Both the position numbers and the translations under genes were made by a program. A DNA stretch of 64,000 nucleotides, from positions 49,848,001 to 49,912,000 of the forward strand of contig CM060732.1 of the NCBI GenBank assembly GCA_030704615.1. Direction: 5' to 3'. The first letter of the stretch is position 1, and each line of letters begins with the position of its first letter. Under the pieces are notes generated by a model, which saw nothing but the letters and a program-made list of their open reading frames with translations, made no database searches and was not told the DNA's origin. Below, one piece after another: positions 52,656-63,854 of the stretch. This DNA is from Takakia lepidozioides. Its lineage: Eukaryota; Plantae; Bryophyta.

Positions 52656-53405
52656 CTATGCTATCAACTGCCAGACTTCTCTCAAAGTGCCTCGCTCTGC
52701 ATGATGGTAAGGTGTAGGAGGTATATCTATGTCCAGAAACCTGCCACTAACCTTGTCCCAAGCTACAGTAGCTCGCTCTAACCAACCCTCCTCCTCTTTT
52801 TGCCAGGTAGAGACAAAGCAACACTCTGCTATCTCCTGCTTACTGAACACTAAAGAAAACAAAGGTAGGGTCTGATAGTCTCTCAACTCGAAAGCTTTGA
52901 GACGGTTGCGGGTGTCCTCATTGTGAATGACTGCATCTCCTTCAAACAGAACAAACTTGTCCTCGCTAATGAACCCCCGCTCGTGGTTGCCTTGTGCAGA
53001 GCGTGTACGGCTGCAACGCTGTATGATTGCATAAACTTGTTCATCTCCTGCTCCTCTGCTCCAGTACACCACGGCCTTGTGGCTGAACACCTTGGTCCCT
53101 GGGGCTGTCTTTGGCTGTGTTCCAAGCCTAGCTTTCACCCACTTTGGTATTTCATTTACAGCTGCAGAACTGCTGGCTCCAACAGAGTTCTGACTGTCCA
53201 AAGCAATATTGAGGCCCTCAACGCCAACTACAGCATTTTGTTGTCCACTGCTAATGCCTGACTCCCAGTATGCAATCAACTCGTCCAACTGTTCTCCACT
53301 CAAATCAGTCTGAGTTCCTTGGGAAACATAAATCTTGTCCCCTTGGGTGCACAGGCTAAGAGAAGAGACCTGCCCTTCAATTACGTCCTCATTTCCCCCA
53401 GCCAT
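52656..53405 (-). CDS. Extra 249-aa ORF upstream of gag, function unknown
   Basis: ATG-initiated open frame on the element strand between the 5' repeat and gag; no recognisable motif. Confidence 0.45.
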   Translation of the reverse strand: MAGGNEDVIEGQVSSLSLCTQGDKIYVSQGTQTDLSGEQLDELIAYWESGISSGQQNAVVGVEGLNIALDSQNSVGASSSAAVNEIPKWVKARLGTQPKTAPGTKVFSHKAVVYWSRGAGDEQVYAIIQRCSRTRSAQGNHERGFISEDKFVLFEGDAVIHNEDTRNRLKAFELRDYQTLPLFSLVFSKQEIAECCFVSTWQKEEEGWLERATVAWDKVSGRFLDIDIPPTPYHHAERGTLREVWQLIA

Positions 53406-53889
53406 ACAAGGAATACATCCCCAGATTTATCTCTCATGTAGACCAGAACAGGTTCTAGAAACAAGATTGTGGATCTTTCATGGCACACTCACACTCTAAA
53501 AATTCCATAGATTTCTAGCAGAGTCCCAAAAACAGAAACCAGGTCTAGATAGGTAGATTTCCCCTTTCTGCAGCTATCCCCTCAAAAACTGAGTCAAACG
53601 GAGCTCATTTGACAAAGATATGACCAACCAGGCTTTTTAAACATTTAAATTAGATAAAAAATGCCCCCTTTTTTTTTTTAACACCAAAACGTTTTTGCCA
53701 TTACAACCTGTTCCCAGGTTATCTACGGGTTCCCGAGGCCGTTCCCCTCCAGGCTTCTCCGGGCACCAAGAGCTCATTAACTCCAAAACTCGACCTCAGT
53801 TGGGTGGGGTATCACACCCTGGAGGCGATTTGCTTTTCTCTGCGCGTGGGCCTGCCTCCTCGAGCTTTCAGGATGGCAAGGCAGTAGCC

Positions 53890-54000
53890 ATGTTTATGGC
53901 ACGCAGGAAGATTCAGAAGGAGAAGGGGCTCGAGCCTGATGAGTTCGAAGAGGCTGTAGCCCAGGCCTTATTCGACCTAGAGACTACAAACCAAGAATTG
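53890..54000 (+). pseudogene. RPS7: Captured fragment of 40S ribosomal protein S7 (eS7) N-terminus
   Basis: [37 protein letters not shown] matches the plant eS7 N-terminus; similarity ends abruptly. Confidence 0.85.
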
Positions 54001-54229
54001 GGGCGATTTCAAGAGCAGATGCACTGCGCAGCACCTTCATGGCTTATGGACAGGCGGCCTGCTGTAATGTGGCCGTCTTTGCATGGAATGCAAGGCCAAG
54101 ACCAGCTTGAAGTTCCATCAACTTGGTCTAATTCGCATCTCTCGCCAGCAATTATTGTTGGCTTAGAATGGTTTCCGCCTTCCTGTTACTGCTCGTGTTT
54201 CTGCCCTGCTGTTGTTGTGCATCGATAGC

Positions 54230-54595
54230 TTCGGCATCTCTCGGGAATCCATAGCGCATGCGTTGCTTGTGAAGCCTTTGGTTCTGGTTAGTCCCGGCAA
54301 TTGCAGCTCAATTCAGCACCAGCTCCGACAAACCGCCTTCTTGCCTCTCCCTCTGAGATCTGCAAGGACGAAATGTGTCGCTTCCAAACCATCAACAAGC
54401 TTGATTTCTGAAGGATTCTGGACTCCTTCATCCAGTGACAGTCACCAAGTCTGGTCCATGAGGAGTGATCTGGAGTTACCCACCTCAACATATGCTTATG
54501 AGGGGCCAATTGCTCAGGGAGGGCAGGGCCCATCACCCATGTTGGCTGAGCGATTCCAAAGCGTGATCACTCAGCTTTTTCAACAACGAATCATT
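54230..54595 (+). pseudogene. CLPP5: Captured fragment of plastid ClpP5 (transit peptide to start of protease domain)
   Basis: VWSMRSDLELPTS...QGGQGPSPMLAERFQSVITQLFQQRII resembles ClpP5 WSIRDDL..PSS...GQGPPPMVQERFQSIISQLFQYRII. No intron in the fragment. Confidence 0.8.
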
Positions 54596-55537
54596 CCACC
54601 TTGGCTGGCCGATACTGCCGTTCCAGCTGGAGTCGGCATTTTGTGTCTTCACAAAACCAAACAAAACCAAACTGCAGGAATTTGCGATTGCCTCAGTAAA
54701 GTGGAACTCAATTTGCAGCCGCTGGTGCAATGGGACCTTGCCAAGCAGCCCCTTCTTGATGTCAATCTGCAGCTCGCGCAGAGGAAGCGCAGCAAGAAAA
54801 ACTCCTTCACAAATTGACGGCAGGCACCTCTTCCAACATGCACCACATCAGCAGCAGCAAGGTCCAAGCCATTGGGTTTTTCATCAGAGGCGACAAGTGC
54901 AGTTACTGGGGAAATCTGTTCACCCTCAGCCTGCAGGTCCCCCTTTCTATATCAATTGCTCATACAACCCTTCTTAGAACCCTGTGTAGGAGCTTTCCGG
55001 ATGTTTTTCCCTGCAGCCATGACGGACACTGTGAACGGGAGCTTGGCCTTCAACGCTACTGCCTGTGTGCGCTTCGAACATACGATTGTGATCTGCACAC
55101 CAAGCCAAGGTATCTGCCACCGTACTCCCCCGCTGCACGGATGGCATGCAGCTCAATCTTTCAACCCGTTTTCTTCTGGTGGAATTCCGGCTCAAGCAGG
55201 GAGCTATTTCTGGAGCTCGTGCTTACCACCCTCCTACAACTGGCAACGAGAGAAACCCTACCAGCTGCTATACGACAGTGGTTTCAGGACCTTCGTCCAA
55301 GTAGCTATGGATCCTTTACCCTGCACAGCCTTTCGACAAGATCATTGCGATCGAGGTCTGTCCTCAGAACCTCGCACTCGAACTAGATCGCAGCTTGCTT
55401 CCGCAGGTAGCTTTCAAGCGTGGAATCCCGTCTTCCCCTTTCAATCATAGGTTATGGTGAACACATTCTTCTGCTGCCCCCCGAATCAACTTCCTCCAAA
55501 ATACATCGCTCCTGTGCAACAACAACAAAATGGAAAA

Positions 55538-55624
55538 CGCTTCTTGGACGAGCTTGGTATGGCTTATGACAAGTTGGAGAACCACGTTGTCATCAAGCAT
55601 GCCGCTCTCTTCACCTCGACCATC
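55538..55624 (+). pseudogene. THI1: Captured fragment of thiamine thiazole synthase
   Basis: [29 protein letters not shown]; [12 protein letters not shown] is the THI1/THI4 signature. Confidence 0.85.
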
Positions 55625-55700
55625 GACATAGTGCTAACATAAAAGAACTCTATCTAGCTTAGCACTACAAGAAAACTAGATACAGCTGATCTATCTCGAG

Positions 55701-56056
55701 TGATAAGAAAAGCTAAAAGGACACACACTCCCAACACAAGAAATATGAAATCCATCGCTATCACTCTTTAAAACAGAAGTCGAGCCAGGGGCACCCCAAG
55801 CTGTGGGGACTCCACCCCACAACAACCTACACTCCCATCATGAGCACACTCAGTCCTAAACGATGCAGGAGCTCGGTCGCGCAGGCTCAACTCGAGAGAG
55901 ATGAGCTGCGCGACTGCCGCTCTCGTGAAGATAAGACGGTTCAGGTGTCAAACTAAACTTGACACCTGACTTAACACTTGACCTAAATCCAAGTGTTAAG
56001 TACAAATAACTAGCTTTATTCTAGTCGTTTTCACACTGTGCTTATTTAACTTGACA
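55701..56056 (-). repeat. 5' terminal repeat (B only) of the DNMT-Gypsy element
   Basis: Starts TGTCAAG at 56056 and ends TATCA at 55701; preceded by TCTT, the same 4 bp found at 44539-44542. Confidence 0.92.
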
Positions 56057-58255
56057 AAGAAAACAAATGCATTGGGGCTCAGCTGTTGTTCGAAGAACGC
56101 ATCGAAAATATTCTTGTAATTTCTTTGCATAAAAACATTTGAGTCATCGTCACAGACTGTGTTGACGAACACCATTGTGATGTTATCGAAATCCCTCTTT
56201 CTCACAATTTTCAACTGTGTTTTGGCATCCGTGAACCTCCGCTTCCCTCCTATGCACTGGCAATGTGACTTGAAGGTATCCTTGAGGTTGCCCATTTCCT
56301 TCTCCATGTTTTCAACCATTTTCTTACATGAAAGCACGTATTTGATGAAAGCGTCACTCACTTTTTCGGTCTTCATGTTCACTTTGCTTTTCATGTATTT
56401 GGCCCCCAGTTTCGATCGGAATGTCTCGAACTCCGACTTGTTGAACTTGTACATTTTTTTCACTTCGAGCCATTGTGCTTTTGTGTACGGCTCTGGATGC
56501 GGCTTGCTTCTGGCATCAAATCCCAATACCACCATGACATCATCGATTATAAACCCTCTATCCTTTATTCGATCGATGTAATCGGATAGACAGAGAATCT
56601 TGGGGTCTTTTCCCTTGTAAGGACCACGAACATAGATCTTCAAGTCCAAAATCTTTTGCGCAACCTTCTTCATTTGAAGGGTGTTCAATCCTTGGAGTTT
56701 GCAGACTGCAGATTTTTTGAGCTGCAATTGTACACCCTTGTGCTTCTTACCGTTAATGTCCAGGAGGGTTCCCTTCTCCCACTCTCTGAAAACCTCCTGC
56801 CACTTCTCCCAAACATCGTCATTGCAAAGGACCAAGGTCATGGCCTCCTTAAACTCTAAGCATCTCCAATATAAGTTGTGAGGCTTGCAAAAATTCTTGG
56901 TCAACAGGAACAGCATGTCAGGCCAACACACAACAGGGACACACAGTTCTAGTGAATGTACAACAAAACATTAAACAATAAAGGAAGTCTAAATAATTAC
57001 CTTCCACTGAACGGTTTCAGATTTGGAAACGTTATCGTTGAATTTCTTGGGCTTCCCCCTCAACTCATAGTACATTCTGGCGTGAGCAACTTTCTCCGGG
57101 AATGTTGTTTCGAATTTTTGGGCTTTATTTGGGTTGTTCAGGAGCTTAGAAATCTTCAGCAATCGATTATTGCTATCTGACTAGAGGATAATTGATGGTC
57201 GTTCGGCGTAGTAGTCCCTCTGCTCCCGGTCAGTAATCTTCTCCACAAGTTCTTGATTTGGAAAATGTTACATCGGCATGGAATTGAACTAGAAAAGAGC
57301 ACGCGCGATTGCGCGAGAATAATAATGAGGCAACGCAAAGAAATATTCGAAAGATGATTATCATAGAAGTAGAGAAGAATATAGAAGCACGCGCGATGCG
57401 CGAGGTAAACGTTGATATACTATACCTTTGCAGCCATAATTGTGTGTTAGCCTCCAATTACGAAGAATTTTGAATTGTTAATATCCTTCTGATGCCTTGG
57501 TTTCATCGCAGACACCTGGGTTGGCTCCTGTTCGTTCCTCGGCGCCAGATACACGGGATGTTTCGTATCTAGAACCCGCAACTGGTACAGACGGGCTTTT
57601 ACTTCATCTTTGTGATTAATATTCAGCGGACGATACACCATGCTTCTTGGAGCAAGTTCCATCATTGAGATGTCAATTGAGATTATGTGGTTGAACCCAA
57701 AAGATGTTTACCTTTACTTTTTACCCCCTTCGTTGCCGCATCGTCTCGTTGTTTTCTGTTGATGTTTCCCTGCGCATGGAGTACATCTTGGAAAATGCTC
57801 CAAGCTTGTACGAATCCCTGAGCAGTCAGGGCTGCACCACCTTCAGGGAAAGTGAATCCCATCTTTACAGCTGGTTTCATCATTGCCTTGCGAACGCGGC
57901 GAGATTCTAGAGAAAAACCAAACGTCTTTTTCGCTCTACCATCTTCCAAAATGAAAACCACCATCATTGGATTCTCCACGTCCGACTCCATCTCAACATC
58001 TTTAACGTTGCCATAATTAATCTCCTTCACCTCCGCTCCAATCTTGAAGGAAAACTTCAATTGGTGGTCAGGAGGTACACCCACAGGATTTATTCCCCAC
58101 TCGGAGATCGTCTGGTTAAGAGTATACAAAGCTACGTGGTCTATGCTGAAGTTTGGCGATTTTGTTGAGATGAACTCCCCACATATCTCCTTGCATACGC
58201 CAACCAGGCAATCCGCCAGTATGTTTGACTGACCACTGAACATGAAACACAACAT
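56057..58255 (-). pseudogene. Multi-exon transposon cargo gene with a ParB-like N-terminal region, interrupted by the Gypsy insertion
   Basis: YRPLNINHKDEVKARL...FFVIGG*HT (GGQH with a CAA>TAA change), a GT-AG-bounded exon at ~57001-57177 and a long exon at 56931-56057. Confidence 0.5.
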
Positions 58256-58448
58256 TATGTTATCTGGATTAGATATCTCATGGCATTATTTCAGGATTGA
58301 GAGGAAAGGCCGAAGTTTGAAACAAATCATAATGTTACGGATATCAGGCCAATATACTAATGGGAATCCACTGGGAAGAAATGGAATTGAAAAAAACTAA
58401 CTTACAATTAAGCTGGAATAGGGGACATTCAGCGGAGCTACGGTTATT

Positions 58449-59132
58449 ATGACGGGACCTTCCGAAGGAGTTCATGTTATATCATCTCCAGTTTCTACAA
58501 TTCCATCCATAGAAGAGCCCACCTACTCCCCTGAATCAGACGATCAGGACAATTATTCACCAATAGGATATTTTTGCGGCGTTCCTCTCGGGTTAGCAGC
58601 TTTAAGTTCTTTTCTAGAACAATACTGTGGAGGGTCTTCCGGAGATCCTGTAGCTGAAGTATCGGCGGAATCAAATGATTTCTGCGCTATGTACCCTGCG
58701 TATACGCCAGATTCTCGAGATTATATACCCGGATCCCCGGAGTATACTCTCGTATCACCAGAGTACACTCCCTCAACCCCAGAGTACACTCCGACATCCC
58801 CAAAGTATACACCCTCATCGCTAGGGTATACACCGGGATCCCCAGAATACTCACCAATAGGATACTTTAGCCACCTCAGACCCGGGTCGGCTGCATTGGC
58901 GTCATTTTTGGCACAATACACACCTACATCAACTGTAAGTTCCATTCGACCATTCGGAATCATCAGAAATAGAAAGATTCTTCACGGGCTCACCGGAGTG
59001 TACTTGAACCAGTTCCACCACACTAGAAGAATCATCAAGAACTCGTGCTCAGTTACAGACTGTACAAAAGGAGACACGCAAAGTTCGCGCGATCGCCGTA
59101 TTTGGTCCACAATTTTCCCTCCAATAACGTAA
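58449..59132 (+). CDS. 227-aa protein with RNA Pol II CTD-like heptad repeats
   Basis: YTPDSRD YIPGSPE YTLVSPE YTPSTPE YTPTSPK YTPSSLG YTPGSPE YSP, encoded by 21-bp DNA repeats at ~58701-58856. Confidence 0.65.
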   Translation: MTGPSEGVHVISSPVSTIPSIEEPTYSPESDDQDNYSPIGYFCGVPLGLAALSSFLEQYCGGSSGDPVAEVSAESNDFCAMYPAYTPDSRDYIPGSPEYTLVSPEYTPSTPEYTPTSPKYTPSSLGYTPGSPEYSPIGYFSHLRPGSAALASFLAQYTPTSTVSSIRPFGIIRNRKILHGLTGVYLNQFHHTRRIIKNSCSVTDCTKGDTQSSRDRRIWSTIFPPIT

Positions 59133-59490
59133 AATCCGATTGTAAGCAACAACGAGGTTGCTAAGCATGGCGAACATAATCCATATACATGACTTTGTTC
59201 TTTCAGTTATATAAGAATATCCTGACATCTATTATCCCAAGAAAATTCTTCTGAGCTGTAGGAACATCAGAACCACGCGCGATCGCGCGTTATTGAGTTG
59301 AGGAACAGATGAACGAATTTCATCCCACTGGGAGAAGTCTACCGGAAGGACTATTAAAGTACATTGAGGATTATCTAGCTGGGAGTCGTTTTTATTTATA
59401 TTTAGAATAAGACTGAAACGAAGAAGTCAAATTCGCGCTATTGCGCAATGTTCAATAATTGCATAATCCTTAAAATTGGAAACAATGAGT

Positions 59491-62330
59491 TTACTGTCGG
59501 TATTGCCAAAGAGACTCACCCTCGTTGTATGGCCGGCCACAAAGTTTGTCAAGGTTATCCAAAGGCCTCTCCGCAGGTTTAAAGATCATGAGGGCTCTCA
59601 TCTTTACCTTGGCCCAAGTCAGGTTTTTTTCACCACTCAAAGCAACATGCAACAAATCACTGGCTTCTCCTTGCATGCTCATACGGAATGTACCTATCAA
59701 GACCTCTTCCGTAGCTTTGTTCATTTGAGCCATGACTTCAAACAATTCCAGAAAATTCTCTATCTTCTTTCCCATGTTATACTCAGAATAGGCGCGCATA
59801 AGTAATCACCGGTGCTACATGGTATACATGACTAGCATCCACAGGTCCCTAAAAAGCTACTGGCTGAATTCCCAAATTATTGTAACCTGACCTCACATCT
59901 CCATCCTCATGAATTGCCACCTCCCATAGCCCGGGAGAGAGGTACTATAGTAGGTGGGGTACTAGACCATGACTGAAGAGCTGGTTGACTCTGTGTAAGC
60001 ACTTGGCTTCGCACAGGGCCAGACCAAGCGGACTCACTAGCCACGTACAAAGGATGAGATGCACGAGAGGAGGTGACAGGCATACCTTGAAATTGAGGAT
60101 TGTCATGCAAGGAGATAGGCCTCAGTTCTGTCGGTGGAGCGGAACTTGAAACTGAGATGCTAGGCTGACCTGCAGGTGACTCCCCTATGCGATCCAAGCC
60201 GTCCATCTGTCGTGCATGAAAATCCATGGCATACAGGTTGGCCCTCATATCATCTGCAACATCCAAGTTTTCTCGAATTCTACCACCCAAGCCAGGCCTG
60301 GTGCTAGTGGCTACCGTAGGTCCAAGACCATTGGAAGCCCTAGCCTGATTTCTACCATCAACCCCACTAAATCCTTCTTCCATTGATACCAAATCTGACT
60401 CTACAAAAGTCCTATGTCGCGGCTCAGTGACTGGAGATAACACAGGAGCAGCAGATATCCTATTTCTACCTGAACGCAACCAACGGCTATTGGGCGAGTT
60501 GGACATTAGTTAGGAATCACCACCTTTAGAGATCTTCAACTTCCACCACACTAGTACACTGCCAAGCTTGTGGAGTCACAATCCTCAAAAGCTTGTGTGT
60601 TTCTTGATCGTGCTCAGCAAGAGCCAACCAATTCCACTCGCGGGAATTCTTGAACCAAAAACCCACATACAAGGTGTAGTCTAACCCCTAGTAACGGTCA
60701 CTTCTCCAAGTTCGAGACAAGACAGTGCTCGGCGGCCAATGCCCGATGGAGTCAAAACGTTCAGTTTGCGAATCGAGCGGAGAGCGAATCTCTCGTGAAG
60801 AAGAATAACAAGATCTCCTTGAAGAGCCTTCTCACTATGACCCGTGAGAGAATCAACAAGGTCACGGGTAGAAGGTGTATACACTGCAAGACTCCCAAAT
60901 CTTAACAATCGTAACAAAATCGTACCAATGCCACTGGTGAACAAAGCCAAATGCCAGGGATCCACAAAACCACAAAAAACCAGCGGAACGTCAAGGGATT
61001 GCATGGATATTTGTTCGCAAAGCCCAAACTGCCTGAATTCCAGGGCACCGTAACCGTAAGACAAAAATCGACTTTTGAGTTCGGGGATAGGCAGCTTGAA
61101 CTGTCTCCTCAAAGCTAGCTCTTTGTCAATCACACTATGAACTTCTCTCACCAGTAAAGCAGGATCGCTGATCCAGGCAGAGAAAAACACGAGACGTCCA
61201 CAAAAAATCGAGATTCAAATTTATCGATCCACACCAAGTCGTCACTGCTCAACTCGAACTGCTCACTATCAAACACAAGAGAGTCTTGGATTTGCGAGTT
61301 AACATCAGGCAGCCCCTCAAGATCGTAAGCAGGCTCAACGTAGCCCAAACTGTAATCAGCTCTGTCAGGGTCACCGCTTGGCAAAGAGCCCGAGCTCACT
61401 GAGCCACGAGCCGAATACAAAGCTCTTTCTTCAAAGGCCGCTTTTGCCCTAGCATACACTGAGTAGTTAGAGCTTGAGGAGGTAGGTCTTTCAATGTCAG
61501 GAACATGAACCCCTGGAATCAACAATGGAACACGCACGGCAGGAGCTGCAGGCACTTCCGGGACTGGATGATCATCCACTACCTGCAAACTGGGAGCAGA
61601 TACATGAACGCCTACAACTAACTGGCTGGAATCCACCACGTCAGAGCCTGCAACCTCCACTCTCAATTCTATCTTAACCAAAATCGAGTCGTTGTCCTCT
61701 CTCTCGCTTGACAAGCTACAGAGAACTACAGACGCCATTGCAACACACAACGAACAAGCAAGACAAACAAATGCAAGTGCACAACGCGAAGAGTGAAGTT
61801 GCCGCCGCCATCGCAACTTCCTCTTGAACCAAAAACTTCTTCCAAAACCAGATTGAACCTGAGGTAACCGCGCAAAATCACTGTACGTGCGAAGCCGCCA
61901 CTACCCACAAGACTCCACCATATTTTGTGCTTGAATGAGATTCTCCCGTCCTCACAAGTGCACGTTAAACTAGGGGGTAAGAGCTCAGAAGGAGCGGCTT
62001 TACAGAACGAGAAGAGAGATGAACATGTAGAGGATCCCACGTACAACATATGCAGAGCTAACACACACACATCCAAAGCTCACATAGCACGTCCAGAAGC
62101 CCGTACACCAGGTTGTACATACGAGAAGAAGGGCCCTGACTCAAGGTCAGGAACAAGCTTATACCCAAAACCTAGGGTGAGGCAATACCCCCAAGTGGTA
62201 GCATGCCACGGGTTGCCTAGATTATAAATAGATCTGGCCCGTTGACCAATGAAGGGGCCAGATGCAGCCACAAAACTCTAGGATAACCTCAAACAAGTAT
62301 AGGTCAGGCTGTATATTAACGGTCTCCCCC
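59491..62330 (-). mobile_element. Truncated second LTR-retrotransposon 5' region (gag-like), boundaries approximate
   Basis: 59491-59799 reads KIENFLELFE...TWAKVK...YNEGESLWQY (retrotransposon gag pattern), preceded by S/P-rich ORFs. No LTR pair found. Confidence 0.5.
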
Positions 62331-62465
62331 CGTAAATACTATTGGCATGGGATGAACCTGTCAGATAGTAATGAATAGGCTGAAAGTCAGGCCAGGAGAA
62401 CATGAGCCATCACACTTCCTCCAATCACACAATGTAAAATGAATTTGTGACCATTCTCTCTCCAA

Positions 62466-63854
62466 TCACACAAAACATTTTGAGGGAGGGTGTTCGGGGA
62501 GCAACATCTCATTCTTCCAGAACTCCCTGTATTTTTTAATTCCAGTTTTGATAAAAGATTGTTTATCGGATGAGTCATCTCCCACACCCCAAATTGGTGT
62601 TTTTTTTACAGCCCTGGGTTGTACTGCTACAGGCAACTTTGGAGATCCATCGGGATTCGACTTCCACATCTTCACCGCACCTTTTTTGGGGAGCCACTCA
62701 GAATCAGTAGCAAACTTCTTAAACTTCATGACAGACAAACCATCTTCATCTACATAGAATCGAAATACATGCATTTTTGTTTGCCCAACTAAAGACTCTT
62801 TTCCATCGAGAATGCAACCGTCCACATACGCCTTGAAATCTGGCACTTCTTGAATGATTTGAGGAATAAATTGCAGATCTTGAGAGATCATAAAAAACCT
62901 CATAAGATCGGAGAGAACGTAGGTGTTGTTTTGCTTCAGCTTCTTCGATAAATAACTGAAGAATCCGTCGATGTCCTCATGGGTATGGCCAACCATGAGA
63001 AATCCCATCTAAACCTCCTCAAACACTCCTCTTACAGTTAGGAGCGACATCATAGCTAGCATCCACCTGTTTTTGTTTTCCTTCACGCGGTTGTCCAACT
63101 GCAGGTAGAGTCTTTGGGGAAGTGGGACTTTTCCTTTTTTCTTCTCCTTATCGCCGAAAGGTTTCAAGACGTCGAGACACCTCGATTTACCCTTCATGAG
63201 AGATTCGAAAAAAGAATTCTGAGGTGGGTGGTCAAAGATGTTACGACTTTCGCGGCAAGAGGGCTTCTCTAGTTAGTGGAGGCATCTTGCTAGAGAGCCA
63301 ATCGTGAAGTGCGGGTCTCCCGGCAAGAAGTCCAGAGAGTATTGTCCGTAGGCTCCGTCCCCGTGGCCGTGGGTGACCATGCTGGTTAGTGAGATTGGAA
63401 GCTGACCTAAGCCGGAGACCATCTTGTTCGTCGTCTGCAACCTTGGAATAGCTGTTTTCCGATGATCCATCTTGTCATGAATGATGCAGAGGAACTCGGA
63501 TGGCATCATAGCTGACTCATTCCTCCAGCTGTGATAGAGTCTCCTACAAGATTCCTGAAGCCTAAGGTGCTTATCAAGTGCTTTCTTGTGCGAGGCCTGC
63601 TCATCACTACGTTTGACCGACTTCTTGATTAGGTCTTTGAACATCTCACAGTCTGTGCATTTGGCAAACGTGCTACCATTTTTTCTAACCTGGACATTGG
63701 GAAAAATCTGTTGTCTGATTCTGCTGACGGCTGCCTGGGAGATAGGCTTCAACCCACATATTTTATTTGCCTGCAAGACAGACAGGGGAAAATGAACCTC
63801 GCGCGATCGCCCGAGCTTTAATAGTGAGAGGTCTGATATATTGCGTGGAAGCAA
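62466..63854 (-). mobile_element. Sola-like DDD transposase pseudogene (5' part probably outside the window)
   Basis: One reading frame with two stops (63273, 63009): FAKCTDC, IIHDKMD, LYLQLDNRVKENKN, FLMVGHTHEDIDGFFS. Confidence 0.7.

Noticed and set aside
53790-53820. TGTGATACCCC on the minus strand as the start of a nested LTR
   Set aside because: No second copy, matching end or target duplication was found in the window.
53695-55642. Functional RPS7, CLPP5 or THI1 genes
   Set aside because: Only short fragments (about 30-120 codons) with abrupt ends and no remaining exons nearby.
44097-56056. 356-bp inverted repeat read as TIRs or DIRS-type inverted termini
   Set aside because: The orientation is explained by the 42391-46671 inversion. 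The element has a DDE integrase and a 4-bp duplication, and no tyrosine recombinase was seen.
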